A stretch of 64,000 nucleotides of DNA from Felis catus (lineage: Eukaryota): positions 44,516,001-44,580,000 of the forward strand of contig NC_058370.1 in NCBI RefSeq assembly GCF_018350175.1, written 5' to 3'. A program made the translations under genes and the position numbers. The notes below the pieces were generated by a model. The model worked only from the letters and a program-made list of their open reading frames with translations, was not told the origin of the DNA and did not search any database. Positions 36,669-49,516 of the stretch are shown piece after piece (position 1 is the stretch's first letter; every line of letters starts with the position of its first letter).

Positions 36669-37264
36669 AAATGCAGGTCCTTGGGCCCCAACCCAGAGGC
36701 CTGCTAAGAGGATCTTCTGGATGTGGGACTGGGGGAACCTCATTTTGTATGCATTTCCCAGATGATACTGGTACACTTTAAAGCACACAGCAGTTTAGAA
36801 ACCTGAGTGATTCTTTGTTAATATATTAAATACAGATTCTAGCATCAGGTCTGATAACTATCTATTTTGAAGCAGTGACAAACGTGTATGTGGTCTCTGC
36901 AGTGCAGGTGATGTGATATGAAAGGTCTGTGATTTCCACCAGGGCCATATTCCCAGGTCTTGCCAGTGCTGTGGCTTATTGCCTGTATTCTTAGTGGAAG
37001 GAAATGCTGAATTTCATTCAGAGACTAGTGAACACAAAGATGCGATTTGTTCTCATCCAGATAAACAAATTGCTGAGTTGTTCTGAGTACTGTCTGGGGG
37101 CGGGGGGGTGAGAGGTTCAGACACCGCAGTTTAAGAACCCCTGTCTCACAGGAGGTCTCCATAGAAGGGGATTTGTGACCTGGCACAGGTTAGAGGAGTA
37201 AATGTTCCTTATATAAAGGGCAGGAAGTTCCTTACATGAAGAGACCTCTCTTCCTGAGATGCCA

Positions 37265-37450
37265 TGTGACGTGGTGGTTAGGAGCGCGGACTCAGGAGGC
37301 AGGTCCCTGGGTTTAAATCCTGCCTCCGGCACCTACTAACTGTGTAATCTGACCCAAGTTACTGAACTTGGTTCCCACCAGTGATGCTGGATTAAACCCA
37401 GCGTCCCATCTTGTACCATTATGAGGCCATTGAAGAATGTGTATCTGGTA
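37265..37450 (+). mobile_element. MIR relic
   Basis: gtggtggttaggagcgcggactcaggaggcaggtccctgggtttaaatcctgcctccggcacctactaactgtgtaatctgacccaagttact. Confidence 0.75.
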
Positions 37451-38190
37451 CCCAGTGAGATTCCTCTAAGGCCCACGTGTGCATATGCCCCCACCGGGGC
37501 ATACACCTGCCCCCAGAACTTTCCCTTAACAAATATTGAGGGGAAATGGCAGTTATTACCCCCACTTTTTTGAGAAACTGACAACCAAAAGAAATAAGTG
37601 ACTTCCTTTGGGACCTAGGAACCAGTCTCTCAGAGTGGATACCGTGGGAGAGGCTTCTGGGGTAACAGGGATGGGGAGAGACAGACAGAGAAGAACACAC
37701 AGAGAAACAATGGTTCTTTTCCCACTGAAATCTTTCTCCTGAGATGGCAAATGTCTCATTCCCAAAGCTCCAAAGTAGTCACCCCAGTGCGATGACCTCC
37801 AAGAACACTGATCAGCTATTTGGCCATCATGAAATTCAAGTAACATAATTATAGGATGTATGCTAATGGAGCAGGTACATTAACATTCACATTTCCTTTA
37901 GCATTTGAGTTCCTGCAAGAGAAACCTTTTGAGTTGGCAGTGGTTTCAAAGACCTTCACCCTTTTCAGTTGACAGTGGTTTCAAAGACCTTCATGGTGCC
38001 AACTGACAAAATGACCCTGGGGTTGGGACTCAGAGTTCCTGTTTTGTGTTGGTCTCAACCTACAGACAGTGATTCTGTCCTCTAGGGGTGCCTGGGGCAG
38101 CACCTGGTCCCCAGATACCTGTGGGAAGCCCTCACAGACATTTCCCCAGTGGGAGCCAGTGTCATGACCTAACTGGCCCTTGTGGGCCTT

Positions 38191-38371
38191 TTTTCTTTTT
38201 AATTTTTATTTAATTAATTTTTTTTTATTTACATCCTAGTTAGTTAGCATTTAGTGCAACAATGATTTCAGGAGTAAATTCCTTAATGCCCCTTACCCAT
38301 TTAGCCCATCCCCCCTCCCACAACCCCTCCAAGTAATCCTCTGTTTGTTCTCCATATTTAAGAGTCTCTTA
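38191..38371 (-). mobile_element. Short 5'-truncated carnivore L1 3' end with 17-bp TSD
   Basis: T-rich tail, then gttagttagcatttagtgcaacaatgatttcaggag...ccatatttaagagtctctta; TSD tggcccttgtgggcctt (38174-38190) / tgacccttgtgggtctt (38372-38388). Confidence 0.88.
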
Positions 38372-38896
38372 TGACCCTTGTGGGTCTTATTATGAATGCA
38401 AATCATCCCTCAGGAATGGCAACAACCATCAGGGAACTTTGGAAAACTAAGATTTTATCACTTAGAGGTTCTGGAGGGTCCATGGTATACCAGAGCCACA
38501 CAGTGAGGGGCATGGTGAGGGAGCACACACCTGGGGCTCTGTCTTCGTTGGAGTTGAGGATGGGATGCCTAGAGTTTCACAGGCTTACTCTCTATTGGTG
38601 AATTCAAAGCATAAGAGCGGGAATTAGGATGTGGGAAGAGAGAAGCAGAGTCCCTCATGCAGTAAGTTGTGTAGGTCATCCAGAGCTTTCTAAAGTCAGA
38701 ACTTCATGGGTGGGGCAGCCTGGCCCCTTATCTAGTTGTGTAGCTGGCAATGTGTTTATTTGAGATAGATGTCTTCTAATTGCATGCCTTTACACTAGTC
38801 CCTCTGGTTTTTAGAAAACAGTTGTTTCTATGAGTGGCCCGTCTTGACTGCAAACTGCGTTTCATTCTTTTCATGATCTTCCTTAACCCCCTTCAT

Positions 38897-39347
38897 TCTT
38901 GGTTTAATTCGGGCTCTGCCAGAAGCATACTCTGAGACCAGGGTTGGAATGCAAGTTGTTATCCAGGGGCAAAGAGAAACGTCAGTAGTGCAGCAGGAAG
39001 TGGGGCAGAGACGGGAGGATCACTAATAAAAGATGGGTCATCAAGCTTGCAACAGTGTGGGCACCTGAAGCTTAGTCACCTGGGGAGCCCAAGGAGACAG
39101 AGTGGTTTCTCCACTCCAGGGGCAGGGGAGTTGGGGTACAGATACACCAGCTCCCATCAGTCATTGCGAGAGGGCGCCCAGGGCGTGATAATGCCCTAGC
39201 ACTTCTTGACCACTTTGTGTAAGGGTAAATCAATGCTCTTTGAACAAATCAAGGCAGATTCTGATGTTCAAGACACTATGGGGTGTTCTAAATTAATAAG
39301 GCCTAAAGAATATGATAGGACCAGGGGGCACATAGTCACCTGCTACA
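38897..39347. mobile_element. ERVL LTR (LTR16/LTR33-like) relic
   Basis: ccagaagcatactctgagaccagggttggaatgcaagttg...ggagttggggtacagatacaccagctcccatcagtcattg; resembles the elements at 25405 and 53490. Confidence 0.6.
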
Positions 39348-40611
39348 TTCCTCTTCCCTGATGCCCTTCCCCCCAAATCCTCTTATGCAGAACCCTAGTC
39401 TGGCTGGAAGCTCAGAGTCTCCCTCTCTAGTCACTAGGGAGAGTGAGTATTTCCAGGAGAATTACAACTGTAGTGGTGACAGAACCCAGAAGTGACCATG
39501 TACGTCAGTCCCACCAAGACATCATGGGGCCATTACATTCAAGCTGTGATGGGGGAGAGGGGTGATTTTTAAAAGAAATACAATTGTTGTTGTTGTATTT
39601 TCCAAGTTTACTTGAAGAAACTATCACTTGAAACTATGAAAAATACAGAGAAGGGAAAAGGAAATCTTTTTTTGGTTAATGTTCAAACCATATTCCCCGG
39701 GAGGTTTAGAACAATTTCCACCAAGGCCAGAGTTCTATAGATCTTCCTTAGGAATTGATTGTCCAGCACCACCTTCATTGAAATTAAAGACAGCAATGTG
39801 AGAGCAGATGATGTAGTAAAAGGAAATTGTCTGTGAAAACCGCTGACTGTAGATGCCACATAAAGCAGCAGGGTTAATGTCGCACTGTTCAGAGACATTT
39901 GCCCTCACAATTCAGAAGCCCTTATGTATATTGACATTTCAGCTAGAGCCTGTTCACCTCCATTAAGCCACAGGCCACGGTGATTTCCTGTTACCTTAGG
40001 TGCTTCACAGTTTACTATGGCCAGCGTTTCTCTGGTTTTATTAGTCCCAGTCAGCCTTTGAAACCACCTGATGAGATGGTATTTATCTTCCAGAATCCCA
40101 GTTTAGTGGCCACTTCCTCTGTGAAGACTTCTCTGGCCCCCTTCGCTAGCCTCGCCTGGCAGAATGAATATCTCCACCCATAATCAGATAGGGAGGCTTG
40201 TGGCCACCAGTGGGGGAAACCTGACTAATGGCCATAGAGGCAAATGGGGGTTCATTTTTCATTTTCTCACCCAAGAAGCGGCACAGAGAAAGATGATTCC
40301 TGACATTGGATCAGCCCGCGAATGGCATCCTCAGAGCTCTGCCATCCCGTGTGTGCTGCTGTGTATCTTCTTGCTTGTTGTCTCATGGTCATATGATGGC
40401 TGCTGCTGCCCCAGACACTACATCCAAGTTGAGAGCTAGAAAAAAAAGGGTCACTTTGTTGCATCCGTGCCTTCTTCTCATTGGTCCGAGCTGTGTCATA
40501 GGATCATGGCTAGTTCCAAGGAGACTAGAAAAGCTGCGCATGTTGTCACTCAGAACTTGGAAGTTACTTCTCATTATTGTTGTTTTCACCATAGCTGTTT
40601 GTATCATCTTG

Positions 40612-41040
40612 GCTGTATCTGTTGCCTGTTGCCCTAATAATGCTGTATAACAAATGGCCCGAAAACCTCAGCAACAGGGCCCCCTGGCTGGCTCAGTTGG
40701 TAGAGCATGCGATTTTTGATCTCAGGGTCATGAGTTCAAGCCCCACATTGGGTCTGGAGCCTACTTAAAAAACAACAATTAAAACCTTGGTGACATACAA
40801 CAGTACACGTTTCTTTAGCTTCTGGGTCTTTTGGGTTCAGCTGAACACTGGGGATCAGTTGACCCATGTCTGGGGTTAGCTGCTTGTCAACTGATATCTG
40901 GCAGCCTCTGCTAGGACGAGGGTGACTTGGCTCTGCTCCACATGCCCCTTGTCCTCCTGACCCTGCTCTTCATGTCTCTTGTCCTCCTCCGGCAGGCCCG
41001 CTGGGGCACAATCTCACAGCATTATTGTTGTCACATGAGG
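40612..41040. mobile_element. MLT1 LTR relic, host of the short SINE below
   Basis: tgtatctgttgcctgttgccctaataatgctgtataacaaatggccc...catacaacagtacacgtttctttagct. Confidence 0.6.
40677..40780 (+). mobile_element. Short tRNA-Lys-derived carnivore SINE (tRNA-like retroposon) with A-rich tail and TSD
   Basis: ctggctggctcagttggtagagcatgcgatttttgatctcagggtcatgagttcaagccccacattggg has Pol III A and B boxes; TSD aaaacctcagcaaca / aaaaccttggtgaca. Confidence 0.85.
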
Positions 41041-44000
41041 TGCTTGGTCACGCCCAAGCCCCTTTGCTCCTCTGTGTCCGTGTACCCCCCACAGTACTCC
41101 CTCTCATAAGTTAACTCAAGCGGATGGTGTGATTGGTCTCATGTTGAAGGCTATGTGAGGTCAGGAGAGTCACTCAAGGTCACCACAACTTGGAAGTGTC
41201 AAGTGTGGGATTTGACACGAGGTCCTTTACTCCATCCTGGGCTTCCTCCAAGGCTCCAGGCTACCTCTCTTTCTAAAGGGGACACCAGCTACTCTCTGGG
41301 TACCTCCTGATTGGACTCATTCATTTCATATAAACCAGTTCCCTCATTCTGTGCAAGCCCGCCCTGAGACTGGGTGGATATGAATGTGGGAAGAGCATAG
41401 TTGCTGCCCTGAAAAAGAAGAGCAGCCAGGTACATGGACTTAAAACATGGCTCACGGTCCAGGCAGCACATAATCAGTGCCAACGTACAGATTCCCACAG
41501 GGAGGGCCCTGATAAGTTCCAAGGGAAGTGAAGGCCCTGTGGTTGTGAGCTTGGAGTTGAAACTGAAACAGACCCCTCCTCTCCTCTCCTCTGCAGACAC
41601 CCCTCACTCATCATTTCCGGAAAACATCCCACATTTGCTTGTTCTGATTGTTGTAGCCAGGCCGGAGGCTCAGATTTCTGGGTGTGCCGCAACAGATCCA
41701 CCATTCCAGGGATCACCTTGAATATTTTTGAGGGGTTAAGTCTGTCATGTATTTTTTAGTGCACCTTGTAAAAATAATACTACTGAAAAAGAACGTCACC
41801 CAGCAATTCCACATCTGGAAGTCTGTCCTAGAAATGCAAAAGGATATATGAGTAAAGGTGTTCACTGTAGCGGTGTTGATGGTCCATTTATTTATAGAGG
41901 AAAATGGGAAGCCACTAAAAATAAAGAGGTAACTAGGGTTTACTCCTGCTCATGCTGATCACATTGATACATTTATGTAAATGGTATATTTATATAATCA
42001 GAATTGAACTTCTAAAATAAAAATAAATAACAAAGAACATCAGTGGCTCTGACTGGCAACCCCCAGAGGTGGCTGGCTGGGATTCTGAAACTGTCCCTCT
42101 CTCTCGTGTGGTTGGAGAAGTGAACTTATTAGTAGGCCAAGTGAACATAGAAGGTGTCGATTGGACAGCAGTTCAGGAACGCCCTCTGTGTGGAACTGGC
42201 CTTGGCAGGAAGGCTCAGAGAGTCCTGGGGTCACATCCAAGGCCTGCCATTTGCTAGCCGTGTGTCCTTGGATTCGCTACTGTACTCTTAGAGGTATCTG
42301 GGACCTCGGGCCAGTAACACCCTGCCTCCCACAGGAGTTAGAGAAATTATGTGAGTCCCTGTAAAATATCTGGAGTGAGCGTGCCTGGAGTTCCTGGCCC
42401 AACATATAGTGGCAAAAATTAATAATATTATTATTAGTCACTATCCCCAATTATAGTATTATATCCTTTGGAAATACAGGAATGGCCAAATTAATACAAA
42501 AATGCCTCACTTTAAAACACTCAGGCCAGTTGTACTGATAGTACCATCAATATCAGTAGGCTTCCTGCATCTAAAAGTTGACTTCATACATTTGTTTTGT
42601 TCCTTTGTTCTGTTTAGTTTTTGAAACTTATTAGTAGTAGTAATAGAAGACCCATTGTTAGAGCATTTTTAGGTTCACAGCAAAAATGAGCGGAAGGTAC
42701 TGATTTCCTTATCCTTCCTACTCTGCTACATGCACAGAACCTCCCCCCACCAATACCTTGTTCTATTTTGTTTGCTTTTCCAGTGGGAAACTGATTTCCA
42801 GTGGGTAACATGGCAGGAATTAGAGCAGAATTTCTTGTAAGCAAAGTGGCAGGCCAGGAGGTGCTCTGTGGCTGGAAAGGAGCCCCATCGTCTGGCAGAC
42901 CCCTCCAGATGTCCAGAGGTGCCTTGCCACACAGGGTGCCTGATCGAGGCAGGGGCCTCACACTGCCTTGTGCATGAGAACTAATGTGGCTTTCAGTAGC
43001 CATCACCCTTGAAATCACAGAGAGCCTGGAAGATCTATTCATTTCCCAACCCATTCCAAGTGTTGATTTGCAATATGTTAGATGAAGTTTCTAGCCTCAC
43101 GACAGGATCGATACGTAATATTGGAACATAGTCTTAGAAAGATGGTTTATGGACTTGGCTATTTCAGTGAGTTGAGTATGGCAGCTAGAGACAGTTTATT
43201 TAGATCTTGGTTAATTCACAAATGTACAATTCTGTATTCCAATTACTACATTTGGCTGTTCTTTCAAAGATAATGATAAAGCCTGCGCATCATTGGATCA
43301 GCCAAGCCATACAGCAAAAGAGGGTTTGAGTCCACTGAAATTTGGGAGTGTATATTCTGACTCATCCACAAGATGTAAATAAAGCATTAACTTTGTAAAA
43401 ATTGACATTTTCTTCCCCCCAAATCCACAGACAAATAATTTTGTACAGATTATGAATAGACCAATCAATGAAAGTTATTTTTAAGGTGTCTCTGCATGCC
43501 AGACATCCCAGGCTCCTTGGAGATTAGAAAACTATAAGACAGAGTCCTTGCTCTAAAATCTCCACCACCTGCAAAATTCACACAAGAAATACAAATTCAA
43601 GGTGGACATATCAGAAAATATAGATAGGAATTATAAAAACAGAGTCATATCAACAGAGGGAAAAACTACTTTAATGTGTGGTCTTACAAACTCTTATATG
43701 CAAATATACTTGCACAAGTGTGTGCGTGTGCGTGTGTGTATGCCTTAACACATACATAATAACAAAAAAGATTGTACACATTATTTTATAATATTTCTCA
43801 TTTAGCAGTGTATAGTAAATGCCTTTTCTTGTCATTAACTGTGGACTTAAATCATCTCTTTTAGCAGGATTTCATCGATTGATGAACCATGGTTTATATA
43901 ACCCATCTCCTGTGGTATATTGTGTTGGGTTTTGATAATTTATTATAGGCAGCACTTTGGAATGAATATGTTTTCATTCACTCGTCTGATAATTCCACAG

Positions 44001-44325
44001 AATCAAGTGTTAAGATGTTTTTTAGAATCTTACAGTCTGGTTGGAGAGCCCAAACACCTATGTGTGAAAAGGAAAAATGAGTTCATAAAGAGGGGGAGGG
44101 ATGGCTAAATTGGTGCCACAGCCAAGAGTCAGAGGCCAGAGAGATCATTTCATGCTCGGGCTGCTACAAAAAGCTTCATGAAGGACAGCTGTAAGTGACA
44201 GAAATCCCGTTCAAGTCATCATAAGTGTAAAAGGCATGTTATTAGTTCATGAAATTGGAAAGTCCACCTCGATTTCAGGGGTGAGCTGGGTCCAGAGTTC
44301 ATGGGGTGTCATTGAACACCATTTT

Positions 44326-44365
44326 GTGCGTGTGTCTGTGTGTGTGTGTCTGTGTGTGTGTGTGT
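44326..44365. repeat. Imperfect (TG)n microsatellite
   Basis: Direct reading. Confidence 0.9.
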
Positions 44366-45399
44366 CAGTCTGTCTGTCCCGTCTCTTGGTTGGGCTTCTT
44401 ACTGTATGAACTACATTCTCCAGCAAGCTCCCTCTGTATGGCAGCTGCCTCCGGACTCAGGCAGTGTTTGTATCTCATAAGCAGAGAGCCCTCCTCTTCC
44501 AGCTTCTCTGTCAGTCCCTCAGTGGCCCCCTTGCAGACCTTTTGCTCACCCACTACTGCATGACAGAGAATGGGGTGTCCTGGTGGCTAGCCTGGGTCAT
44601 GTGCCTGTGCCCTGTGCTGACGGGTATGGGGAATGTGTGACTGAAGGTCTGTGCAGTGGAGCAATTCTCAAAAGGAAAAGATGTTGAGAGATCAAAACAT
44701 GAAAGCATGTCACTGCTGAGATGCTGGAACTTGAAAGATGAGCAGCTATACCCATTTGATGCTTTGGGCTGCAAGTAACAGGAAAACTCCCAAATCAAAC
44801 TGGCCGAAATGCTCTATTACAAAATCTGGAGGCAGGTATGCTTTAGTACCACATGCCCAACAACTTGGTAATGCCATTAAGTTGACTCAGGGTCAACTTC
44901 CTTTCAAGTCCCATTTCCCTCAATATAGCTGCCAGGGGGCAACCAGGACCCCCAGCCCATAACCAGCACCAGAGGGTGAAAAATGGATGCCACTGGCAAG
45001 GACTATAAAACCTTTCCTACAATTTCATTGGATCAGCCCAGGTCACATGTCCGCTCCTGAACCAGTAGCCATCAGTGGGAAATACTGCACACTGATTGGC
45101 CAGTCAGTTCTACTCCTAGAGGAAAGGGTGGGGTCACCTTCCCATGGGTTATGGTGGATATTGGGATGAAATTGGGGTCCCATTAGAAAGGAGTGGAGGA
45201 TGGATGCTAGGTGGTCAACCAATGATGGAATCCAAATAAAATTTCATCAATTAGAGAGGAAACTTGGGGTTAAATGGGTGATTTATGCCCAGGAGGTTAG
45301 AATTCCAGGGTGTTTCCTGGTTTTCGCTGACAGGAAGCAAGATTATGGAGCCTGTCCTGTAGGAAACAGCAGAGTGAATGACCTCAGTTAGAAGTATTC

Positions 45400-45880
45400 A
45401 TGTGTTTATTCCTTCATTGCACATATATTTTTTGAGCACCTGCTATGCGCCAGGCCCTGTGCCCTGTATTAGGGACAAATAAGACAGATAAAGTTCATAT
45501 CCTTGTGGACTTCTAGTGAGGGAGACAGACAATAAACAAATTAATTTAACATATAATATGTCATGAAAAATCAGGATAAGGTGAATAGAGAGAAATGGGA
45601 GGGAGGGGAGTCCAAGGCCTCTTGCTTAGGTTGACATTGAACCAGGGACTTGAAGGACATGATGGAATGATCCAAGGTCATCTGAGGGAAGTATGTTTGG
45701 GGCACAGGGAACAGCAGGTGCAAAGGCCCTGAGGCAGTCATCCATAGTACATTTGGTGGACAAGGAAGAGAGTGGTAGATGATGAGGTCAGAGAGGAGCG
45801 GTGATATAATGGAGGGCCTCCCAAGCACTACAGTTTTTGTACTTTGAGTAAGATGTTGAGTCCATGATGTCAGAGAGTGT
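45400..45880 (-). mobile_element. L2 relic immediately upstream of the first exon
   Basis: ttttgagcacctgctatgcgccaggccctgtg...ggcacagggaacagcaggtgcaaaggccctgaggcag...gatgaggtcagagag. Confidence 0.8.
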
Positions 45881-45961
45881 TATTGATGTAGAGGGTGTCC
45901 AGACCTCACCCCGTGGCTCTGCTTTGACTCTGACTTTAACCCCTTTTTTCCTCTCTTCCAG

Positions 45962-46036
45962 GCCATGTACATGTTTTACGCACTGGCCATTGTGTGTGAT
46001 GACTTCTTTGTCCCCTCCTTGGAAAAGATCTGTGAG
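45962..46036 (+). CDS. SLC24A3: SLC24A3 (NCKX3) internal coding exon (probable exon 4), AMYMFYALAIVCDDFFVPSLEKICE
   Basis: Pyrimidine tract and ttccag acceptor ending at 45961; 75 bp, phase 0-0; donor GAG|gtacgt. Translation matches the NCKX family TM1 region. Exon number is recalled from the human gene structure. Confidence 0.96.
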
Positions 46037-46339
46037 GTACGTGCCCTGTATTCTGAGCATGTCTGAGTAGGTCATCTAACAGTGTTGCTCCAGCCTCCTT
46101 CAACAAGGTCCTGGGAAACCCTCCTGGCACCCCCGCCCCTGGAGGGGGGAACACCAGGCATCAGCATGCTTCTGAGCAATGAACAGTATTAGCCCAAAAG
46201 CTCCAACAGCCTGCTTAAAATGTCAGGGTACCGACCCGTAGTTGGCCTTTAACCCAAACGACCAGCACTCCCTGCTCCTTTTAGAGGCAACTCATGGTGC
46301 TATTTGTGTTCGACTTTGCCTGTTTTCTTTTCCACTTTT

Positions 46340-46510
46340 TTAAAGCATATTTATTTATTTTGAGAGAGAGAGAGTGCAAGCATGGGAGAGGCAGAGGGAG
46401 AGAGAGAGAGCAGAGCCTGATACAGGGCTTGAACTCCCAAACCGTGAGATTACGACCTGAGCTGTAATCAAGAGTCAGACGCTAAACCAGCTGAGCCACC
46501 CCGGTGCCCC
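46340..46510 (-). mobile_element. CAN-SINE (internally deleted) with TSD
   Basis: TSD ttcttttccactttt (46325-46339) / ttcttttcctctttt (46511-46525); body ends ctgagccaccccggtgcccc. Confidence 0.92.
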
Positions 46511-47211
46511 TTCTTTTCCTCTTTTAAATCCTGCTCCTCCTTTCTCTCTCTGTGCCCCTCGTCGTCCTCTCCTCAGTTTCCTTCTGCTCCCATGACTCTC
46601 TCTTGTGGGGTCCTCACAGTGTGCTAAATCTTCATCTACACCCCTCCATGACCCTTCCTCTCTGCACATGTACAGAAATGCTCCAAGCAGAGACCCAAAA
46701 AGCGAGAAGATGAAAGCACTGGCCACAGAGAAAAGGATAGGGACTCTGTTCGAAATCAGCCCAGTGAACACCAGGTTGAAGACCAAGTTAAATCCCGTTC
46801 ATCAGAAGATATTCAGCGTATTTAGAACACTTTCATTCTCTCTCCTCTTTCATTTCCTTGTCTGTTCTGAAATGTAGTTTCCTTTATCTGGAAGCTTTCC
46901 ACTTTATTTTATTTTTAATTCAGAATCCTGTTTTCAGAAAGGATCTCTCCCAGACACACCTCCCATCTGGGACTCGTTTCTTCATGTCGTTCTCAGATTT
47001 TGTCATCCTTCCCCTTCCCTTCCCGCCCATGTGTCTGATTCATTAGTTCTTGGGGGGGGGGGTAAGGGGGGCAGCAGAGGACACAAGCTGCATTTCTGTT
47101 AAGTTCCCAGGTGGATGCTGAGGCTGTTGGTCCAGAAACCACACTTTGAGACCAATAACTTAAGTAGCTTCTTCTACATCCTGGAAGTCTCTTTGGTTTT
47201 TGTACTGAAAA

Positions 47212-47280
47212 AATTAATTAATTAATTAATTAATTAATTAATTAATTAATTAAATAGATAAATAAATAAATAAATAAATA
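47212..47280. repeat. (AATT)n followed by (AAAT)n microsatellite
   Basis: About 10 AATT units, then about 6 TAAA units. Confidence 0.95.
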
Positions 47281-49431
47281 GAAGAGAATCTTTCCACAGG
47301 AACCCTGGAGGGGCCCTGGGAGTGGTTCCTTTATTCGGTGGAAGTAGAAGGAAATGATAAGGTTGCATCTTAGATGGACAGAGGGCACGTGTGGAAGTCC
47401 TTTGTCCAAAGTGATGTAACCGGAATACGGGTCACCTTATGTAGCAGGAGAGGAAGTGCACCTGTAACTGGGGTCATTTGTGATCTCTGAAATACCACCG
47501 CTTGGTGCTCTATTCATTATGCACAGAAGAGTAGTCTCTTTCCCACATGACTTTTTTTTTTATAGCAGATTTAAGAGCCTGTTCTAGAAATGTACATATT
47601 CTTGTCAGAATGTTTTCTACTCAGGAGAGATGAAATCCATAGCACTGGCAAGCACACCCCCTGGGGAAGGAAATGAGATGAAATACAGCATGGCCCTTGC
47701 CATCCAGGGGCTGTGGGGTGCAGAGCAGCTCCAGGGTGATACAAACCGGGAGTGCTGGAGGAAGTGCTGGGAAGTTGGAAAGTACAGAGAGAGGAAAGGG
47801 GAGGGGGAGCTTGATTGGGCCACAGGGGTCAGGAAAGGGCTTGTGCAGGGAGCAGTACTGGACCAGCCCTTGGAGGGATTTTTCACATTTGGAGGCAACA
47901 CCTTTCAAGGAAGGATTTGTGCAAAGAAGAGTCTGAGCCCCAGGACCAAGAGAGGAGAGCCCAGGGCTGGAATCGGCACATGGGGAATCCTGAGGAATGT
48001 GAGGCTAGGGCATCAATAGTTACCGGGGCTCAGGAGGGAGCTGGGAAGGCTTTTGATGGATAGAGGCACCCAGAGGCAGAAGATCTCGCACCCCTAGCTG
48101 ATGATTCTAAGCATCCAGAGAGATGTTGCCAGGGCCCAGGTGAATTAGGGATAAAAGAGGGGGAGATGGAAGGAGACCTGGAGGAAGATGCAAACTCAGT
48201 GGATGAGAGAGACAGGAACCGGAGGTGAGCTCAAGGTGTGGACTCCACAGTCAATGCCCCAGCAGGGGCTCTGAGCTGGAATGGACACAGGCTCAGGCTC
48301 ATGGCAAGTCTTGGCAGACCACCACGTGGCGTGAGCTCTGTGTTAGGTTACCTTCTGGAACTCCCTGCCTTGGGGACTCACCTGCACCCCTCACAGCCAC
48401 ACCTTTCAGCTTGAGGTATCAGTACCTCCATCTTATACTCTTCTCAGAACCCCATGTGCGGCGGAGCTGTTCAGTCCTGAGTGAGGGATCCCCAGGATTC
48501 CAGATCACAGTGCTCCATTAGGGCCCCCACTGCAGCCTGTTGCTGGCCAGTGGAGCCAGTGGCCTAGGCCGAGCCCATGCTGCCCCTCCATGGCTGATCA
48601 GGGAAGTGCAGCTGTCCGTGCCGGTGCGAAGAGGGACTGACTAGCATCTCCTAGCTGGGACCCAAGAGAGAACTGGCTATTTACTGACAGCCAGCTGCTA
48701 ACATTCTGGGTCATGATGGAATGCAGAAAGGCTAAACCAGCCTCTAATATGTATTTTTCTTGTCTTCTTGCAAATCACTTTTTGGATTAACAGACAGTGA
48801 TTGTATAGGACATCTTGGCAGGGTATCATTCTTCCCACCCAGCCTCAACGCCACCCCGCATTCTCCCTACCTCAGGGCTTCAAGACTGCATTAATGATGA
48901 AGGATGGGTTTCAGGAGGGTGACCCCTCCACCCTCAAAGCTGCTGTATCCTTCTAGAATCAAGACTTGCAAGCTGATTGCCATGAGCCTCATTTTAGCCC
49001 GAGAGAGGCATGGTATTGAAACAAATCAATTTTTTGCATAAAAATGTGGATTTGGCCATCTCTTAAGCAATAAAGATACTTGGCAACATGGTGGGAGGTG
49101 GGTGGCATACCCTTTAGAAAGGAGGCAGATGTCCACCATACCTCACATCAGCCCACCCTATACCCCCTGTTACTTACACAGAACTGGGAGCTTCTAGGTT
49201 AGAAATTCTTAGATCTTGTCAAGAGCCTTTAACTCACAGAAACATGCAGCCCCCTCCCTCATCCTGTCCCCTTGAGGAGGACGGCCAGGTGTGGCCCAGC
49301 AGGGGATGTGCAGGAAAGACCAAGCTCAGGATGGATGGGAGGACCTGAGCTTGAGACCTTGGGAGTCATCGGTGGCCTCTGTTCCCTGGGGAATCCTGAC
49401 TCATCTATGCTTTGTCCTTGCTCCTCTGTAG

Positions 49432-49516
49432 CGCCTGCACCTCAGTGAAGATGTAGCTGGAGCCACGTTCATGGCAGCAGGGAGTTCGGCCCCAGAACTG
49501 TTCACATCCGTCATAG
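49432..49516 (+). CDS. SLC24A3: SLC24A3 internal coding exon (probable exon 5), [28 protein letters not shown](G), alpha-1 repeat
   Basis: Acceptor tttgtccttgctcctctgtag; 85 bp, phase 0-1; donor ATAG|gtaggt. [15 protein letters not shown] is the NCKX alpha-1 signature. SAPELFTS fits SLC24A3 rather than SLC24A4 (STPELFAS, recalled). Confidence 0.96.

Larger units (their letters stand above)
1..45961 (+). other. SLC24A3: 3' part of a long SLC24A3 intron (probable intron 3)
   Basis: No upstream NCKX exon recognised; the next exon lacks the N-terminus of the protein; region ends at a canonical acceptor. Confidence 0.85.
46037..49431 (+). other. SLC24A3: SLC24A3 intron, 3395 bp, GT-AG
   Basis: Lies between two in-frame exons with canonical ends. 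Confidence 0.93.

Noticed and set aside
40683-40755. Functional tRNA-Lys gene
   Set aside because: The anticodon arm is degenerate, and the element has an A-rich tail and TSD: it is a retroposed SINE copy.
48609-48631. REST/NRSE site (reverse complement ttcgcaccggcacggacagctgc)
   Set aside because: The left half-site lacks a conserved base and the spacing is non-canonical.
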